A stretch of DNA of 63,065 nucleotides, filler included, from Choristocarpus tenellus KU-1152 (GCA_964200185.2; 13 parts of 13 records of this genome joined end to end with filler, not necessarily neighbours in it); one strand, 5' to 3'. Shown: positions 1-13,592, counted from the first letter of the whole stretch. A program made the numbers and translations. Notes: a model not told the origin generated them from the letters alone.

Positions 1-360
1 GTGTAACAAACGTTTGCACTTCGTTGAAATATAAGAAGAAATACTCGCTCTATTCGCCTGTAACACCTCATACGATCCCCCCTTGCTGAGCGCGATGAGA
101 TGGTTGAAAAGAGAAGAGTGATATTCATATACGTCGTGGGTCTTGGCTTAGTATCTGTTGTTTCCAGAAGGAATCGCGAAAAAGAACACATGCAATGTTT
201 CTAGAAAACTCCATCAAGATATAGAAAAAAGTATCGAACATGTGGACTTCAAAACCCAGAATTGATTCTCTGTAACTATCCCGCTAAGATATTAATAATG
301 ATCCCGAATGCTTTCGGTTACATGTTACTGAGATTCATATCGTATTTTGCACAGTATTAT

Positions 361-553
361 TTTATATTTATCCATGTGGACGTTGCAAATTGCACATGGT
401 AGTCTACACCTGTCTCATCCATGAGTTCAGTCAGTGAGACCACAAACCCTTTGTAACACTAATATCATATGTTGATACCAAGCCACATATTGTCCTCTAC
501 TAAAGCACACGAACGACATCCTAACCACAGGTCCAGTGTGGAATACTTCAACA
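361..553 (-). mobile_element. LTR fragment, family A (5' end TGTTGAAGTATTCCACACTGG)
   Basis: Reverse complement aligns by eye with 12635-12810, 40035-40128 and 40441-40600; begins with canonical LTR TG(TTG). Confidence 0.65.
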
Positions 554-813
554 TGTGCCAGAAGTTTAAGATGTTCTATGTCGTATTATAGTATTTATCC
601 ATTTAGCATTTGTTGACATACCGCACCCAAAACAGTTCTTTTAATTGGAACTCCAATCCAGGTTAAAATTGGAAGCGATCAAGTGGGACTCCATCTTGTC
701 CACCTATAAATATGTCTAGATCTTGTGTAATGCAGACGTCTAGAAACATTCCCAAAACCTTCAATCCTTACAATTCCTAAGAGAAACAGTAGTAAACTTT
801 TAATGGAGATCTG

Positions 814-1072
814 GAGTCAAATTATCTTAGAAGGTAGAACAGCGTCCATTTGGGGGTCAAAAACCAACGTTGCAATTTTGATTCATTTTGGATGTCATGT
901 TTGCTAGGAGATGTCAATATCCTTGTTCTGGATACACATTTTCATAGGGTATATATTTTGCCTACTCCGAAACATTTTGGAGCAGGTAAAAGTTTAATTA
1001 AAAAACAGTGGGAAGGCAAGCCCCAAATGGACAAACAGGGAAAAAATCGTACCCTCTAAGGTACTTTCACTC
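814..1072 (+). mobile_element. MITE family 1 (Sola2-like), complete copy
   Basis: Ends GAGTCAAATTATCTTAGAAGGTA...TACCCTCTAAGGTACTTTCACTC form imperfect TIRs; 4-bp TSD TCTG at 810-813 and 1073-1076; homologous to 11745-12003 and 62158-62386. Confidence 0.85.
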
Positions 1073-1089
1073 TCTGGGAAACGTTCCTG

Positions 1090-4000
1090 GAATGCACTGC
1101 ATCATTTGAAATCGTGTTATACTCTGCCATTTTCTAACATATTGCAATACACACCTTAGCAAGTCTGTAGAGCACCTCTCAACACAACACTCCACTTGCT
1201 CTACGAGAGGTTACTTACTCTCCAAATCCTTTCAATAATTTTATTACTTCAAAGAGCAAGTTAATTATGCCCGGGCATGTACTCTGATCCTTGGTTTAGT
1301 AGGTCTCCCCTATTGATTCTGCTTAGGTCCAAGTCAGATAATCATTCATATTGCTTATATTCAGAAAACCAAGTGAATTTTGTTTATTTAACAATTCATT
1401 CAAGGCGCCATTCAAATCACTTCAAGTCCAACATAGGGAGCATATATCAGCATGTTAATGCTTTGTCTTCACACAGATGAGATGGACATTGCGTGCCTTA
1501 GATTGCATCATAAATGAAGTGGTGATTGATGTCAATGTACCTTGTTCTCTTAATGCTGAATGGGGTTGTCAGCTTAATCGCCCTTTGGTTGTCCTCCATG
1601 ATGGGGATGATGGGGATGGAGTTTAATCAGATCAGGCGTCATGAAGTTTTGTACCTGGTGCAGAAACAGAGCCTCCTTCACAACCTCAACCAGGGCAATT
1701 GTGGATCACCAATTACTAATCACAGATTGCCCTATACAATGTTTCCTATTCCTGAAACTTTCCATTTTCTAGTTTATTAACCCATTCTTATCTCTAATTC
1801 TTCAGGGTACAAACTTCTCCTCCATCAGCCGATTATTTCTAACATGATATACCTTTACACACGAATATGAAGCATCTTCTTGACATACTCTGGGAGTAAT
1901 AGGGGTCCAAACAAAGAAATGTAACTGAATAATATCATAGTGGGGCTCCCTACGTTTGTTGGTCCTCTGGGATAATTCCAGCAACCAGGTGTTCAGATCC
2001 TGCATGTCCCCTGAGGCTAGATAGGTGAAAATGTCCTCTCTTGAGAACTTTCCATTGTTTCCCAGCAAGAGGCCTGAGACAAGATGTAGGAACTTTCTTG
2101 CTCTAACAGCCCCTACTATACGGGCTCTTTGTCCAACCATATAGGAATCACTTCGTGCATCAGGAGGTCCAGGGTATGCATGAGGGTGATTGTGTGGGTA
2201 GTGCAGAGAACACCAGGGACCTTCTGCATTGTGGTGATGTTGCTCCGCTCTAGGATCTTCATCTGGACTTGATTGAGGGCAGAAGTACCATTTGGGTAAT
2301 ATAAACCCCTCAGGGCAGGCGTGACTTCGGGGTTAGGTGGCCTGGATTCTCCAGGGTTTTGGTGGTGTGTGTGAGGGGGGGGCAAGAAGACACCCTTGGC
2401 ATGGTCCTTATCTAATCTCAAACTAGTCTGCACACTCTCCATCATCTACGGATGTGTGTACCCATATTCTAACACCAATTTGGCGGATGAATAACACAAT
2501 CTTCTCTGGCACAGTGAATTTAGCAGCACAACCCACAGGAGAAAACAGTAAACAGAGTCATATCCCTTCTGTAAGTAAAAAAAAGGTGTGAATGGAGGTA
2601 CCTGGTTTTCCAGTCCAAGTTCCTGGAAGGCACATAGGGTGTACATGATCTTCACCATGGAACGTTAAAGCTGGAGGTTGCTCTGTATCTCATCATGGAG
2701 TATGCTCTATCATACTTGATTAAGCTCCCAAACTTGCTCGAAAACCTTGAGTGGCAGTTTGCCAGTATGTTCTACTAATGGGATGATCCTGTAGTTGTTA
2801 TCCTTCTTGTAGAAGAGATCTATGACTGTGTCCTTCCATTTTTGCGATACATGCTCCTGTTCCCACACATCTAACACAAGATCGTGGAGCTGTGTGGAAA
2901 ATCTTGTCCTTCTTGAGGTGAATTTTCAGGATTTCTGGTGGTAGATCATTTTGTGCCATTGACTTCTTGTTTGCAATGGCACAGGTTTCTTCAGTCATTT
3001 CTACCAAGATTGGTGTATCAGAGAATGCTTTGCAGGTGGAAAATTGGTCTAGAGGGTTTCAGCAATGTAGGGATTGAAATTGACGGACCTATCGTTGAGG
3101 AGCATCTCAAGGCGTCACTGCTACTATCCCTTATTGGGACCTCAGCGGTCTGTCCAATTTGTTGTGAATATGTTGGGATACACTTTGCTGTGTCCTCTCT
3201 ACATTGAACCCTTGCAGCCATTGGTAAAAAAAATCCAGCTTGATCTTAACAGTGAATGCACCCATCTGACTCCCTGGTGTAGGATGTTGTTTTCCCCTTC
3301 TTCAATTTGCCTCCAAGAAACTTGCTTGGACTTGGTCATTCCTTGCACAACTATCCTCCCAGCAGTTCATTTAATGTGGGAGGTGGTAGCACTTCTGAAC
3401 CAGTTTCTAACAAATTAATTGTATATACAGGTGCTAATCTCTGAGAACTGGAGAATGAGATACATAAATACTAAAACTAGGATAGTGGACAGTCGGAAGG
3501 TTCCATTTATTGTGGGTAGTGATTCCATGTCCTGCTTGCAGGATATAGTCACCTGAACAGACCCTTTATGCCACAAACAACACTAGAGTGCTTGTGATAG
3601 AAACTCCATCCAATCTGGTATTCTAGGCCAACGTAAATGGTTAAAGCCCTTGACAAGTGTCATACCTCAGTAAAAGTCAGCCTGTGTTTACTCCACCCTC
3701 ATGGTGTGTGTCATGAGCGAGTCGGGGAGTCCCCATCCATGAGGAATGCAAATTGACTTTACGTGCACCGTGCAGGGCACAGAAATGTAGCACTCCTTGA
3801 AGCTACCCGCAAGGGCCTTCCTCACTGTCTTACTCGTTTAGGAAATTGCCGTAGTTCTGTGTCCTACCCTGCTCCAACACACTGTGGTTTGAAGTTCGCG
3901 AATTGTTGCAATTGTTGCAGTTGAATCCATGCTTATCTCGTCATCATCCTACCATTCGCATCTACACTCTCCCATTCTCATGGGGTCTCGATGAATTCCT

Positions 4001-4140
4001 CTCACCCAACATCCTCGAATCTTTCGTACTTTATGACAAAGCTTTCTCTTCAGCCAAAGAAAAGTTGAAAGCATCATGGATAGCCCCATATTGTTTGCAA
4101 TGAGGTCAATACCTATGAGCTTCTTGGGAACTACCTCCTC
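1090..4140 (-). mobile_element. Highly degraded Ty1/Copia retrotransposon remnant
   Basis: Minus strand near 1430-1620 reads MEDNQRAIKL..KRTRYIDINHHFIYDAI (Copia RNase H); near 2900-3000 ETCAIANKKS resembles the GAG-pre-integrase CxxC region; many stops and frameshifts. Boundaries approximate. Confidence 0.65.
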
Positions 4141-4551
4141 TCAATTCCTAGGATGATATTAGTAGCTAGATATTTCAATCTTGCAGTCAAAGCTCCCTCT
4201 ATGCTGGCGGAGATTGGTTATCATAGATTGGCTTTGCCTTGGTTCTCCCCTGTAGCGGCAACACCACCTTCGACTATGCCCCATTGGAAATCGTATATGA
4301 TTGACGACGCATGCATCCTCGTTCACGTCGGACTTGTCTTCCCATTCTCCCTTCGCTCGTGCACCTTTCCCCCCCACACTCCAATGCCCAACACTCAATG
4401 GGTATGGTATTACTATATCTTTTTGTTATGGTCATTTCCATATAACCTGAAAGGCGTACTTTCTGCCACATGCCCAAATCCCCCTAACCCTAGATTGTTG
4501 TCAAGGAATTTCTTCAATGCAAGGTAGTTCTTCACCCTCCAACTGCAGTCG

Positions 4552-6097
4552 ATGGCGTCTTCCATGGACATCGACGTGTCAGAGACTGGTGGGGTGCAAG
4601 AGGCCAAGGGGGAAAGTAGCGAACAAATGCACGAAAAGATGCAGGAGAAGAGTCAAGGCGACGGTGGTGGTGGTAGAAATGTGTTGCTGCATCCTGTGAG
4701 TGCTGTCGTGTGGGGATCAAGGTGTCAAGTCGGCAATAACTGACCTCATAGAGCGTCTCCCGGTTGAAGTGAAACTGTTTAGGACGTCAGATGGTTAGGA
4801 GGACAACGAACCACGGGTTGGACGTTTCGAGATGCGGACTGGAGAGGTTGGTGGGGTGGAAAGCCTCAGTGGAGGTGCAATCTTATCAATTCGAATGCCC
4901 ATATCTTGATGGTCGTTTCCTGGATACTGCTCATTCCTCAATTAAGATGCGTTTTGATAAAGGTTCCCACAGATATATCAGGGTTTGTTCGAAGGGGGCA
5001 GTAGAGCCGGAACTCCCTGGTAGCATTGTAGGGTGATCATGCCTTCAAAAATGACTTGAGCGAAGTATCCGTTCTAAATTTGCCATTTTATGCTCGAACC
5101 TACGCCCAAACCACTCCATTGACCCCGCATGCTTCAACTACATCTCTGAACAGCTGACAGTCATCATGATCTCAGACCACTACACGCGAGTTTCCGCTGG
5201 AGGAGGGACTCAGGGGGCTGGGGAACGAATCATTGGTCTGTTGTTTGGGATGCAGGATGGACTTGATGTGAGCATATTTGATGCTGTAGAAGTGGAATGC
5301 ACTGTAGGAGGGAGTAACGGAGGAACAGTACAGCTCAACAACGAGCTCATAGAGAAGCAGAAGGAACTATGTGAGTATATGGTGTACGCCAGCCTGTACC
5401 TCGGTGTTGGTCATTCGTCCTGTATGTCGAGTTTGCATGGAAGATGCACTTGGAGAGTCCCAATTGAAATGCTCCTTGTAAGTAGTGGAGTGCAGATGTA
5501 TGTGATCCCTCACTGCTGTGATTGGATCCATTGGATGTTGCCAACTCCTGGTCTCACCGTATGTGAGAGTGGTTGCTACCGTCAGATGTAATAGTATTAA
5601 CCCTTCTCGTGTTGTACTTCATGCTGCTCTTCTTGAGCTGCCTGTGACCGATGAGTCTTCTGGTTGCAGAATATGTCGAGGTATGCACCAGCTTAAAGGT
5701 CACGCAATGATAACCTCACTGTCTCTTTTCCACACTGTGAGGTAGTTTTTTTTGTTTCACTGTCCTTCAGACTTAAGCACTCTCTGTGTTTATGCTGCAT
5801 ATGTTTACATACATCTATATAGTATTCTAACCCTCACCTAAACATATGAAAATGCATTCAAGGCTGGGCATCCCTCATTGGTTTTCCCTCTCAGCCAAGT
5901 CCTGTATTGTTGTTTCATCCACCACCTATTTCACTCAAAATAGCATCCTAGAGATATGCGTCTTGATCTCTCTACTGTGATATGCTGCTCATTTCTCTAC
6001 CCCCCCAGACACTGCTGTTTATCCAACATATGAGATCCTTGGGTGGTATGCTGTGGGAACAGAAGTAACAGCAGAGGATTTGATCATCCAACGACAG
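4552..6097 (+). CDS. CSN6: COP9 signalosome subunit 6 (MPN domain), exons 1-3 only: 4552-4695, 5154-5370, 6009-6097
   Basis: Spliced with GT-AG introns in phase: ...NVLLHP|LTVIMISDHYTR...IIGLLFGMQDGLDVSIFDAVE...EKQKELY|TAVYPTYEILGWYAVG..EDLIIQRQ, matching the CSN6 pattern LHPLV..ISDH..R / G.L.G.Q / LGWY. The rest lies beyond the contig end. Confidence 0.88.
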
Positions 6098-6992
6098 GTT
6101 AGTATTGATAAAAGAAAAATATTTTCATGCATTCCCCTCTGCTTGGCCTCCCAACTTTGAAGATGCTTTGAAGGTTGATGTGAACTCTTGTGAGCTGCTT
6201 TACCTGCTCCCCCAGTTTCCTGCAAACTGAGGTTGCAATAAAGTATCAGCACCCCTCAGTTTTCCTCCTTAATTTTCAAGGCTTTCTGCATCGGCAATGC
6301 ACACAGGATTGAAGCATCAGTTAGAAAAATACAAAAATGATCTGTTCACACTATGTGGCAGATGGACTAGTATATTGTGTTAGTGTGCTGCAAGTTGTCT
6401 CTGGTTGTCAAGTTGAACTCAGGAGGGGATGTACACCTTAGGCATGTCCCAGATCAATTGGAGCAGTGAGTAACCTAACTTTTACAAGGAGTCTCAATGA
6501 TTTTCATTGCCAATGTAAACCGCCACTGCTCACCAAGAGCTAACTGGGTATTTTATATGCATCACTGTGCTGTGAATGTGTTATCATCCAGCTAACCACA
6601 ATGATCAATTGGTTGTTCGATCAAAAATGGTGTATTAGTCCTTATAATTCCTTGCAATAATTCAGAGAGGAAAAAAGTGTGCTATTGTTCAAGCAATTTT
6701 CAATCCTCGACCCTGTATATTGTGGTGAATAGCTGTTTTGCACAGCTTTGACTTGGAAGGGGAACAGTTCCCGCTTTGATAGGATACAAAGCCGTACAAC
6801 TAATTCAAGTATAGGGCTCGGACATACTTAAATTAGCTATCTATAGCATAGATCAACTATCTGTTACAACTATCTACAAGAGAATCACGCAGTGCTTTGT
6901 GAAATCTATTTTTTTGCTACTCACATTATTCTTTGATCCTATGTTCCTAGGGCTTGGGTGATGCTAGTACAATAGGCTCGGTGTTCACTGAG

Positions 6993-7300
6993 AATGAGTA
7001 CATGATTGAAAGTACCCTAATGAGTAGATGGTTGAAAGCACCCTAATGAGTACATGATTGAAAGTAACCTAATGAGTAGATGATTGAAAGTACCCTGATG
7101 AGTAGATGGTTGAAAGTACCCTAATGAGTAGATGGTTGAAAGTACCCTAATGAGTAGATGATTGAAAGTACCCTGATGAGTAGATGGTTGAAAGTACCCT
7201 AATGAGTAGATGATTGAAAGTACCCTAATGAGTAGATGGTTGAAAGTACCCTAATGAGTAGATGATTGAAAGTACCCTAATGAGTAGATGTTTGAAAGTA
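6993..7300. repeat. 26-bp minisatellite (AATGAGTAGATG[G/A]TTGAAAGTACCCT), about 12 copies, intronic, runs into contig end
   Basis: Directly visible head-to-tail units with no spacers. Confidence 0.95.
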
Positions 7301-7400
7301 NNNNNNNNNNNNNNNNNNNNNNNNNNNNNNNNNNNNNNNNNNNNTTAATTAATTAANNNNNNNNNNNNNNNNNNNNNNNNNNNNNNNNNNNNNNNNNNNN
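7301..7400. other. Artificial contig-joining spacer N44-TTAATTAATTAA-N44 (first of 12)
   Basis: Identical 100-nt spacer with stops in all six frames, also at 10079-10178, 13493-13592, 17139-17238, 23896-23995, 28029-28128, 34836-34935, 38594-38693, 41803-41902, 44578-44677, 53930-54029 and 60433-60532. Confidence 0.98.
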
Positions 7401-7440
7401 CCAAATGGACGTGGCTCTACCCTCTAAGATACTTTGGCTC
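7401..7440 (-). mobile_element. MITE family 1, terminal fragment
   Basis: TACCCTCTAAGATACTTTGGCTC is the family TIR; truncated by the contig start. Confidence 0.7.
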
Positions 7441-8900
7441 ATCAGTTAATTTTGTGGAGACAAACCTGGGCCTTCAGAATGTTTGCGAAAAGCACCATCT
7501 CTTGTTCTGTCAAATACTTGTGGTGGACAACCTCTCAGGACCTTTTTATGTGGGGGGGTGTTCATAAATAACCAAAACATAACAAACATCAAACACAACT
7601 ATTTCAGTGCTCATCTTGGGGTTAGCAAGAATAGGGTGAAGGGTTACAACGAATCGTAACCTGTCAACCATGGTTTTTAAGGCACGATGAAACCACTGTG
7701 CACTACCATAAGTCAGCTTGGAGAGCTACCGAGACATCAACTGATAGGCTTCATAAATCTTTCTTGTATTGGAATAATTGATACCTGGTCTTCATTGTGT
7801 GCATTAGTTGCAGCTGTATTATAGGGTACAATGATTGTGCCAAATGAATGGACTATAACAATCTATCTGCCAATACCAACTGGGGTACAGAGAAGCTAGC
7901 TCCCAATATGCATATTTGAGCTGACCTTCTCGTATCTGACAATATCAGACTCCCTAGTGACTTTTTTCAAAGCTTAAGGATGACTGGGCCAAGGAGCTTT
8001 GACATGAAGGATAATAGTTCAGTGAATAAAGGATATGTGTGTGTGTGTGTGTGGTAAGAGTCTGTTGAGGATCCATGATATGGTGAGAACATAGGGATGA
8101 ATGAGGAGTATGACTTAAACTGCAACAATCCACGAGCTTCTGCCTGCCATGTGTGGAAATAGAGGAGGAAACAGAACCGCATCAATTTTGTAGTTGAGTG
8201 AGACAACGTAGCAGGCCCTTTCTGGTAGCTTCAAGAAGTGGTGTGTGTACTGAGTCCTGCACATCACCTTTACAACGTGATATCATGTTCATCAGTGAAA
8301 GAGATAAACTCCTCATACTCGACAGGCCATTCACCTTTTGAGTGCCTCCAACACTCCCTGTTGTTTTAGGATACCAGATGACGTGGAAACTCAGATGATA
8401 TCCTAATGCTCTTTGTTATGAGCACCCTTGTGTTCCTTATTTAAAACCTTTCTTGGGTTGTTTTAATGGAAGTGTATGTCATGAGCATCACCATATGCAA
8501 TAAATGGTATTTTCCCATCACCAATTTATCTTTTTTTTATTGCATAATTATCATGTTCCATTTTGTAGTTATGGGTTCCATGTTGAAACACTCATTCAAT
8601 AACCATGACATGAAATTTCCTCAAGTATTTTTCGGAGACCATTGTTCTATTCTGTTCAACTATTCCATAAACTACGACAGTTTGAAGTGGATCTAACCTT
8701 GACATGGACAACTGGGGAGGTTAGGATCTCTTGATAATTGTAGGATATAATTATATTGGGGCTTTTCATCAGTCTAGGCAGATTGAATGACTGGGGATTG
8801 GACCGAGACCTCAGGCTGGAATATTGAAATGGAGTACAGCCATGTGCTGGACCGCTTAAAACATATTTTTAGTGGGTGGGTCGTGACTTGACAATATTGA
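7441..8900 (-). mobile_element. Degraded Copia pol (RT N-terminal region) remnant
   Basis: Minus-strand fragments WQAEARGLLQFKSY..KLLGPVIL / LKKVTRESDIVRYEK resemble Copia W..AM..E..GL / KKK..G.IVRYKARLV; heavily broken. Confidence 0.45.
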
Positions 8901-9028
8901 AACAGTTGGTCTTCATGGAACGGCCCTGCCAGAAACATGTTTTCCATAAATGGTCATGTTGAAATAGTTGACCTCTATGGACTGGACTTGTGAGGAGCAT
9001 TTTCCCAAGGTTGGTCCAACAGGATACA

Positions 9029-9263
9029 GACCCAAAGCATTTAAGAGGGTATGAGTTTTGCCCTGTTTTTCCGTTTGGGGCTTGAATTTCCACGAGTCTT
9101 TTACTCCCTTTTTCGGTTTTCTGTGTGAACATGGTTGCCAAAAATGTAACTATTAAAGGTATGTCCAGAGCAAGGATGTTGACACTTTGCTAACAAACAC
9201 GATAGCCAAAATTACATCAAAATTACAATATTGGATTTTGAACCCCAAACAGATGTGGCCCTA
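9029..9263 (-). mobile_element. MITE family 1, diverged and truncated copy
   Basis: Aligns in reverse to 11745-12003 (e.g. TCCAGAGCAAGGATGTTGACAC, CCAAAATTACATCAAAATTACAATATTGGATTTTG); interrupted by the next element. Confidence 0.7.
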
Positions 9264-9273
9264 TGTGGCCCTA

Positions 9274-10078
9274 TAGTGGTACTAGTAGCTTCGCCCTCTG
9301 GGGTTGCCCCCTCATAACTTTTGATGTAGATATCGGATTTAAAAAAATAAAAGCATATTCATGATGCCCGTCACAAGGCCCTCCAGAGGACGAGCTTCGT
9401 TTTTTTGCCTTTTTTTCTTTTTTTGAAGAAAGAGCACTCATGTTGGGGTTCTAACCCTGGATTGTAGGTCACCAAGAGTGACAACAGATGCACTATTACT
9501 CGATTATAGTATAAGGTTTAGGTGGGGAAAGAGCCTCCCCACCCTTTCTTCCTGTGTGTTTGTGCACCCACTTGTTGACCTCAGCAAGGATGTGCTCATT
9601 GAGGCCCAGGATGAGACACCTCTCATATTGTTCTTGCTCCGACACCTTGATGTGACCCTTAGTTAGGAAGTCTCTCTCCCATTTACTCACACTTTCCGAC
9701 CTGACCATCACATATCCTGTTGCCATCTCGAGTGCGGTTTGACGGTCTTTCCTGTCATTCATACACGGGTACAGGATTTGCAGTGTTAGAGCCTTAACTA
9801 TCACATTTCCTTGTTGAACACTGGAAATGGGCGTTATCCATATTTCCTGGGTTGATAATATTTTATCATCAAGGCGCAAAGGCGAGGGAGGACAAGCTTG
9901 AGTTGATCGGAAAATGTGTTGATTTCTCGAATGCAGGCTGGGAGAAAGCCTCAATCTACTTTATACGTCCAACCCCAAGTCCAGGAACAAAAATGAATGT
10001 ACAGCATCTTGCAAGAAGTGCGAGACACCAAACCACTGGTGTGCAAATAGTCTCAATCTCACCTCCTCTTCTTCCCTG
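9274..10078 (-). mobile_element. DNA transposon remnant, N-terminal HTH region of an IS630/Tc1/mariner-type transposase (copy 1)
   Basis: Clearly homologous to 40819-41634 in opposite orientation; both end at TA|TAGTGGTA; peptide ESVSKWERDFLTKGHIKVSEQ..LNEHILAEVNKWVHKH looks like a transposase HTH region; no DDE core present. Superfamily call is inference. Confidence 0.55.
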
Positions 10079-10239
10079 NNNNNNNNNNNNNNNNNNNNNN
10101 NNNNNNNNNNNNNNNNNNNNNNTTAATTAATTAANNNNNNNNNNNNNNNNNNNNNNNNNNNNNNNNNNNNNNNNNNNNGGGGTCGTGTGAGGCTTCACAC
10201 TCTCTTATCTTCACTACTGAGAAATAGCATTACCTCCCA

Positions 10240-11185
10240 AGGTAATTTGCATAATTGCAAATGCAGTTTGTGAGGTTGCCAAGTATAGTAGTAACCCCAA
10301 AGTCACACATTGGTGTGCAGTTAAATATAATTTACATATTTGAAAACCTGTCCCAGTATTGGATTTGTTTTTGGTGGTTTTGATACTGAGTGTGAGTTGA
10401 TTGCATATGCTGATGCTAGTCATGGTGGAGACTGGAATGATCGTAGATCAGTGACTGGAGGAGCTACAATGTTTGCAGGAGGAGCAATATCTTGGATGTC
10501 AAAGGTACAATAGGTTGTAGCTCTGTCTTCCACGGAGAGTGAGTATATAGTCCTTTGAAGTGTGGCACAGGAATTGCTTTTCTTCAGAAGTGTTTTGAGC
10601 TTATTCAGCCATAGTCTTCTAGGCGTTGCATTGACATGTTTGAGGATAACGATGGTGCATGCAAACTAGCATCAAATGCCGAAGGCTCTAGTAGAAAAAA
10701 GCACATTGATGTACGACAACTTTTTCTGAGGGACTTAGCAAGAAAAGGAGAGATTCGTGTTGTTTTTGTTGTACTGCCAATCAGAGGGCGTATGTGTTGA
10801 CCAAGAATTGGCCAGTCCAGGTTTTTAACAGCATGTGAAGTTTTTAGTGAATATGTGGGGTAACATTACTGCATTTTGTTTTGGTGTGATTGTTTGAGAG
10901 TTATTACTTGTTTCAGTTAGGGGAGGATGTCGAATAACCTAAGTTTATCCTTACGTTGTATGTGCTGATACTAGTATTTAACGTAGTTTTATCTACTTTT
11001 ATCTTTGCCTTGGTACAATACACAGTTGTAACGTGCAAAATGGTATGGTGGGTCAGTGTTTATTCATACGTCAGTGATATTGGATACCTACCTGGCGGGC
11101 AAGTAATAATTATTTGTATGTTTTACCATGTAACTCAACCACCAGCTTTGGGTGACGAGCCTTACATGCACCAAGTTTATCAACA
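10240..11185 (+). mobile_element. 3' end of a Copia element: RT end, RNase H, PPT and 3' LTR (10928-11185)
   Basis: IANAVCEVAKYSSNPKVTHWCAVK; LIAYADASHGGDWNDRRSVTG..AISWMSKVQ*VVALSSTESEY; FEDNDGACKLA..KKHIDVR; purine tract AGGGGAGGA followed by TGTCGAA...TATCAACA. Confidence 0.9.
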
Positions 11186-11744
11186 ACAGACCTTGAGGTG
11201 GAGAATCTCTGATTCGGCTGCGACGTCCAAGTGAACGGGTTCAACCTCTGTGCTCGTCCCTGGTCCTCGATGCCTCTCGTTTAGAGTGCTTGTCCCGGGA
11301 TTTTGAACTGGAACGGGATCTGCCATGAGTGGAAGATCAAAAGTGAATGCGTTCTCTTGACCTGCCTCGACGTTTGGTGGAATAGACATGACTGCTGCAC
11401 GAATTTTGGCGAGATGTGGTACTGGGCTGGAACCTCTCCGAATCATTGATTCCTGGATGAATCTGTGCATCAGAAACGACTTCGATTCTCTGCGAACTCC
11501 GTGTGTGAGCAAGACATGTCTGCCAAACTGGGGAATTAAAGAGCAGCGTGACACATGAATAGGAAATCGGGAATGTGAGTGTACGAGTGGCAGGAAATAA
11601 TCACCTAGGGAACGTCTATACCGTGGAGGTCAGAAAACACTCAGTTACGATTAGAGGTGTATAATGCTTCCCTTGGAGCCACGGTTGCCATCACGCCAGC
11701 CCCTTCCAAGTTAGGAGGTGGTGAAAGCACTCCAAGACCATCGA

Positions 11745-12003
11745 GAGCCAAAGTACCTTAGAGGGTAAGGCCGCATCCATACCGGGGCCAAAATCCAATG
11801 TTGCAATTGTGATGTAATTTTGGCTACTGTGTTTGTTAGGAAGTGTCAGTATCCTTCTTCCGGACACAACTTTTCATAATGTATACGTTCGACCTACTCG
11901 GAAACATTTTGGAGTGGAAAAATGTCATTAAAAAACCCACAGAAAGTCAAGCCCAAAATGGACAAACATGGCAAGAATCGTACCCTTTAAGATACTTCCA
12001 CTC
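11745..12003 (+). mobile_element. MITE family 1 (Sola2-like), complete copy
   Basis: GAGCCAAAGTACCTTAGAGGGTA...TACCCTTTAAGATACTTCCACTC; 4-bp TSD TCGA at 11741-11744 and 12004-12007. Confidence 0.88.
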
Positions 12004-12634
12004 TCGAAGGAGACGACTCAACCAAGCAGAAGATAATCCAGTGGATGGCGAAAGCGCTCCAATACCGTTCAAGGAGACATCAAAATCAAGCAGAAGAAAA
12101 TCCAGGCTATAGTAGGGAGCTACCAAGATCCTAAGCGCTGAGGTGAATACTGAGTGTTCTCTTCAGTTTGAAGAGACAAGGTAGGACCTCCACGTTACAA
12201 CACTCTCCATAGGTTACCTCCACGGGATGTATAGCTCCAGTCCACAAACCTATAGATGACGCTGCTGATACTCGTACAAGCCTCCCAGGATACTCCGACA
12301 ATCAACAGGTCCAATGCACGTCAGGTCATTAGATAAGGGTACTTTTCTCAATCAATATCGCTATATTAAAACATGATATCAAAATAGAAAAGTGGAGAGA
12401 TGGTCTTGTTTATGCAGCACTCTTTCGTTTCTTTTTATCATCTACCGTTTATTTGTTCTGGTTTATGGACGTTGGAATAGACCTGAAAACCGTTGCATAC
12501 ATTCCCAAGTTACAGATCTTACTCTGCAACTTTTAGTAAATCGTAGTTCTTTATAAGAATCCCCACGTGTGTATACTGCTCACGCTTGTTAGAGCGCGGG
12601 AAGAAATACTCGTACTATTCGCCTGTAACTTATG

Positions 12635-13087
12635 TGTTGAAGTATCCCACACTGGACCCATGGCTTTGGTGCTTTAATGAAGGACAAAGAACAGCTTAAT
12701 GCAGATATGCAATATTAGTGTTACAAGAGATCTCGATTCCGCTGACTGAGAACGTGGGTAAGACCAGTGCAGACTACCATGTGGGATTTGTAACATCCAC
12801 ATGGATAATCACAAGAGAATCAAACCTACTTATCATACGTACCAAATATGATATATCAACTGATGATCCTATATCAGGTCCCTACCATACATGAACTACC
12901 ATACATGAACGTTGTGTAGAGCTCAACTGAAATATACGGAAATATATGCCTGGCTCTACCTTTCTTACAATACTTCACCAATAGTGTCTGCATTTCCTAA
13001 TCTACTCCACCGATGGTGTCTGTAGTGTATCAGCAGCACTATCTACGAACATTATGAATGCACATTGTGGAGAAGGATGTTAAAACA
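12635..13087 (+). mobile_element. LTR family A, probably full-length LTR
   Basis: TGTTGAAG...TTAAAACA ends; both ends align with 40441-40818 (shared TAGTGTATCAGCAGCACTATCTACGAAC). No TSD recognised. Confidence 0.65.
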
Positions 13088-13592
13088 TAGGCTACTCATC
13101 TGTTTGTTCCTTGATACGACACAGTTCCACCAGTCAACACGGACTGTTGATTGGTCTGTAACGTTCAGGACATTACTTTCACTAGTTCGCCATCACCACA
13201 TCAACTACAATCAGAACACCTAGTACAGAACAGTTTCTCTGCGTTCCACATAAATAGTATAGTATAGTGTACGTCACATTAGTTGCATCACATATTGCTT
13301 CAATTTGGTTCTGTTGTTCTGTTGTTTGTTTTCCTTTCACTCTTTCTTCTTATCAGCAGAAGAATGACAGTTGTACATTGATGGTTGATATTTATTTCTT
13401 TCGTGACTGCCATTGATCCCTCAAATTGCATCAACGCCACTCTACAAACTGTCTACTAAACACACACATGGACGTGTTCGATTAGACTCTTCNNNNNNNN
13501 NNNNNNNNNNNNNNNNNNNNNNNNNNNNNNNNNNNNTTAATTAATTAANNNNNNNNNNNNNNNNNNNNNNNNNNNNNNNNNNNNNNNNNNNN

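Noticed and set aside
6993-7300. CRISPR-like array (26-bp repeat containing TTGAAAG)
   Set aside because: Units are head-to-tail with no unique spacers, lie in a eukaryotic intron, and no cas genes are present.
7301-7400. Recurrent TTAATTAATTAA palindrome (piggyBac site or regulatory motif?)
   Set aside because: Always centred in an identical 100-nt N spacer, so it is an artificial six-frame-stop linker. Apparent clustering of ATG7, DNMT2, OAT etc. across spacers is meaningless.
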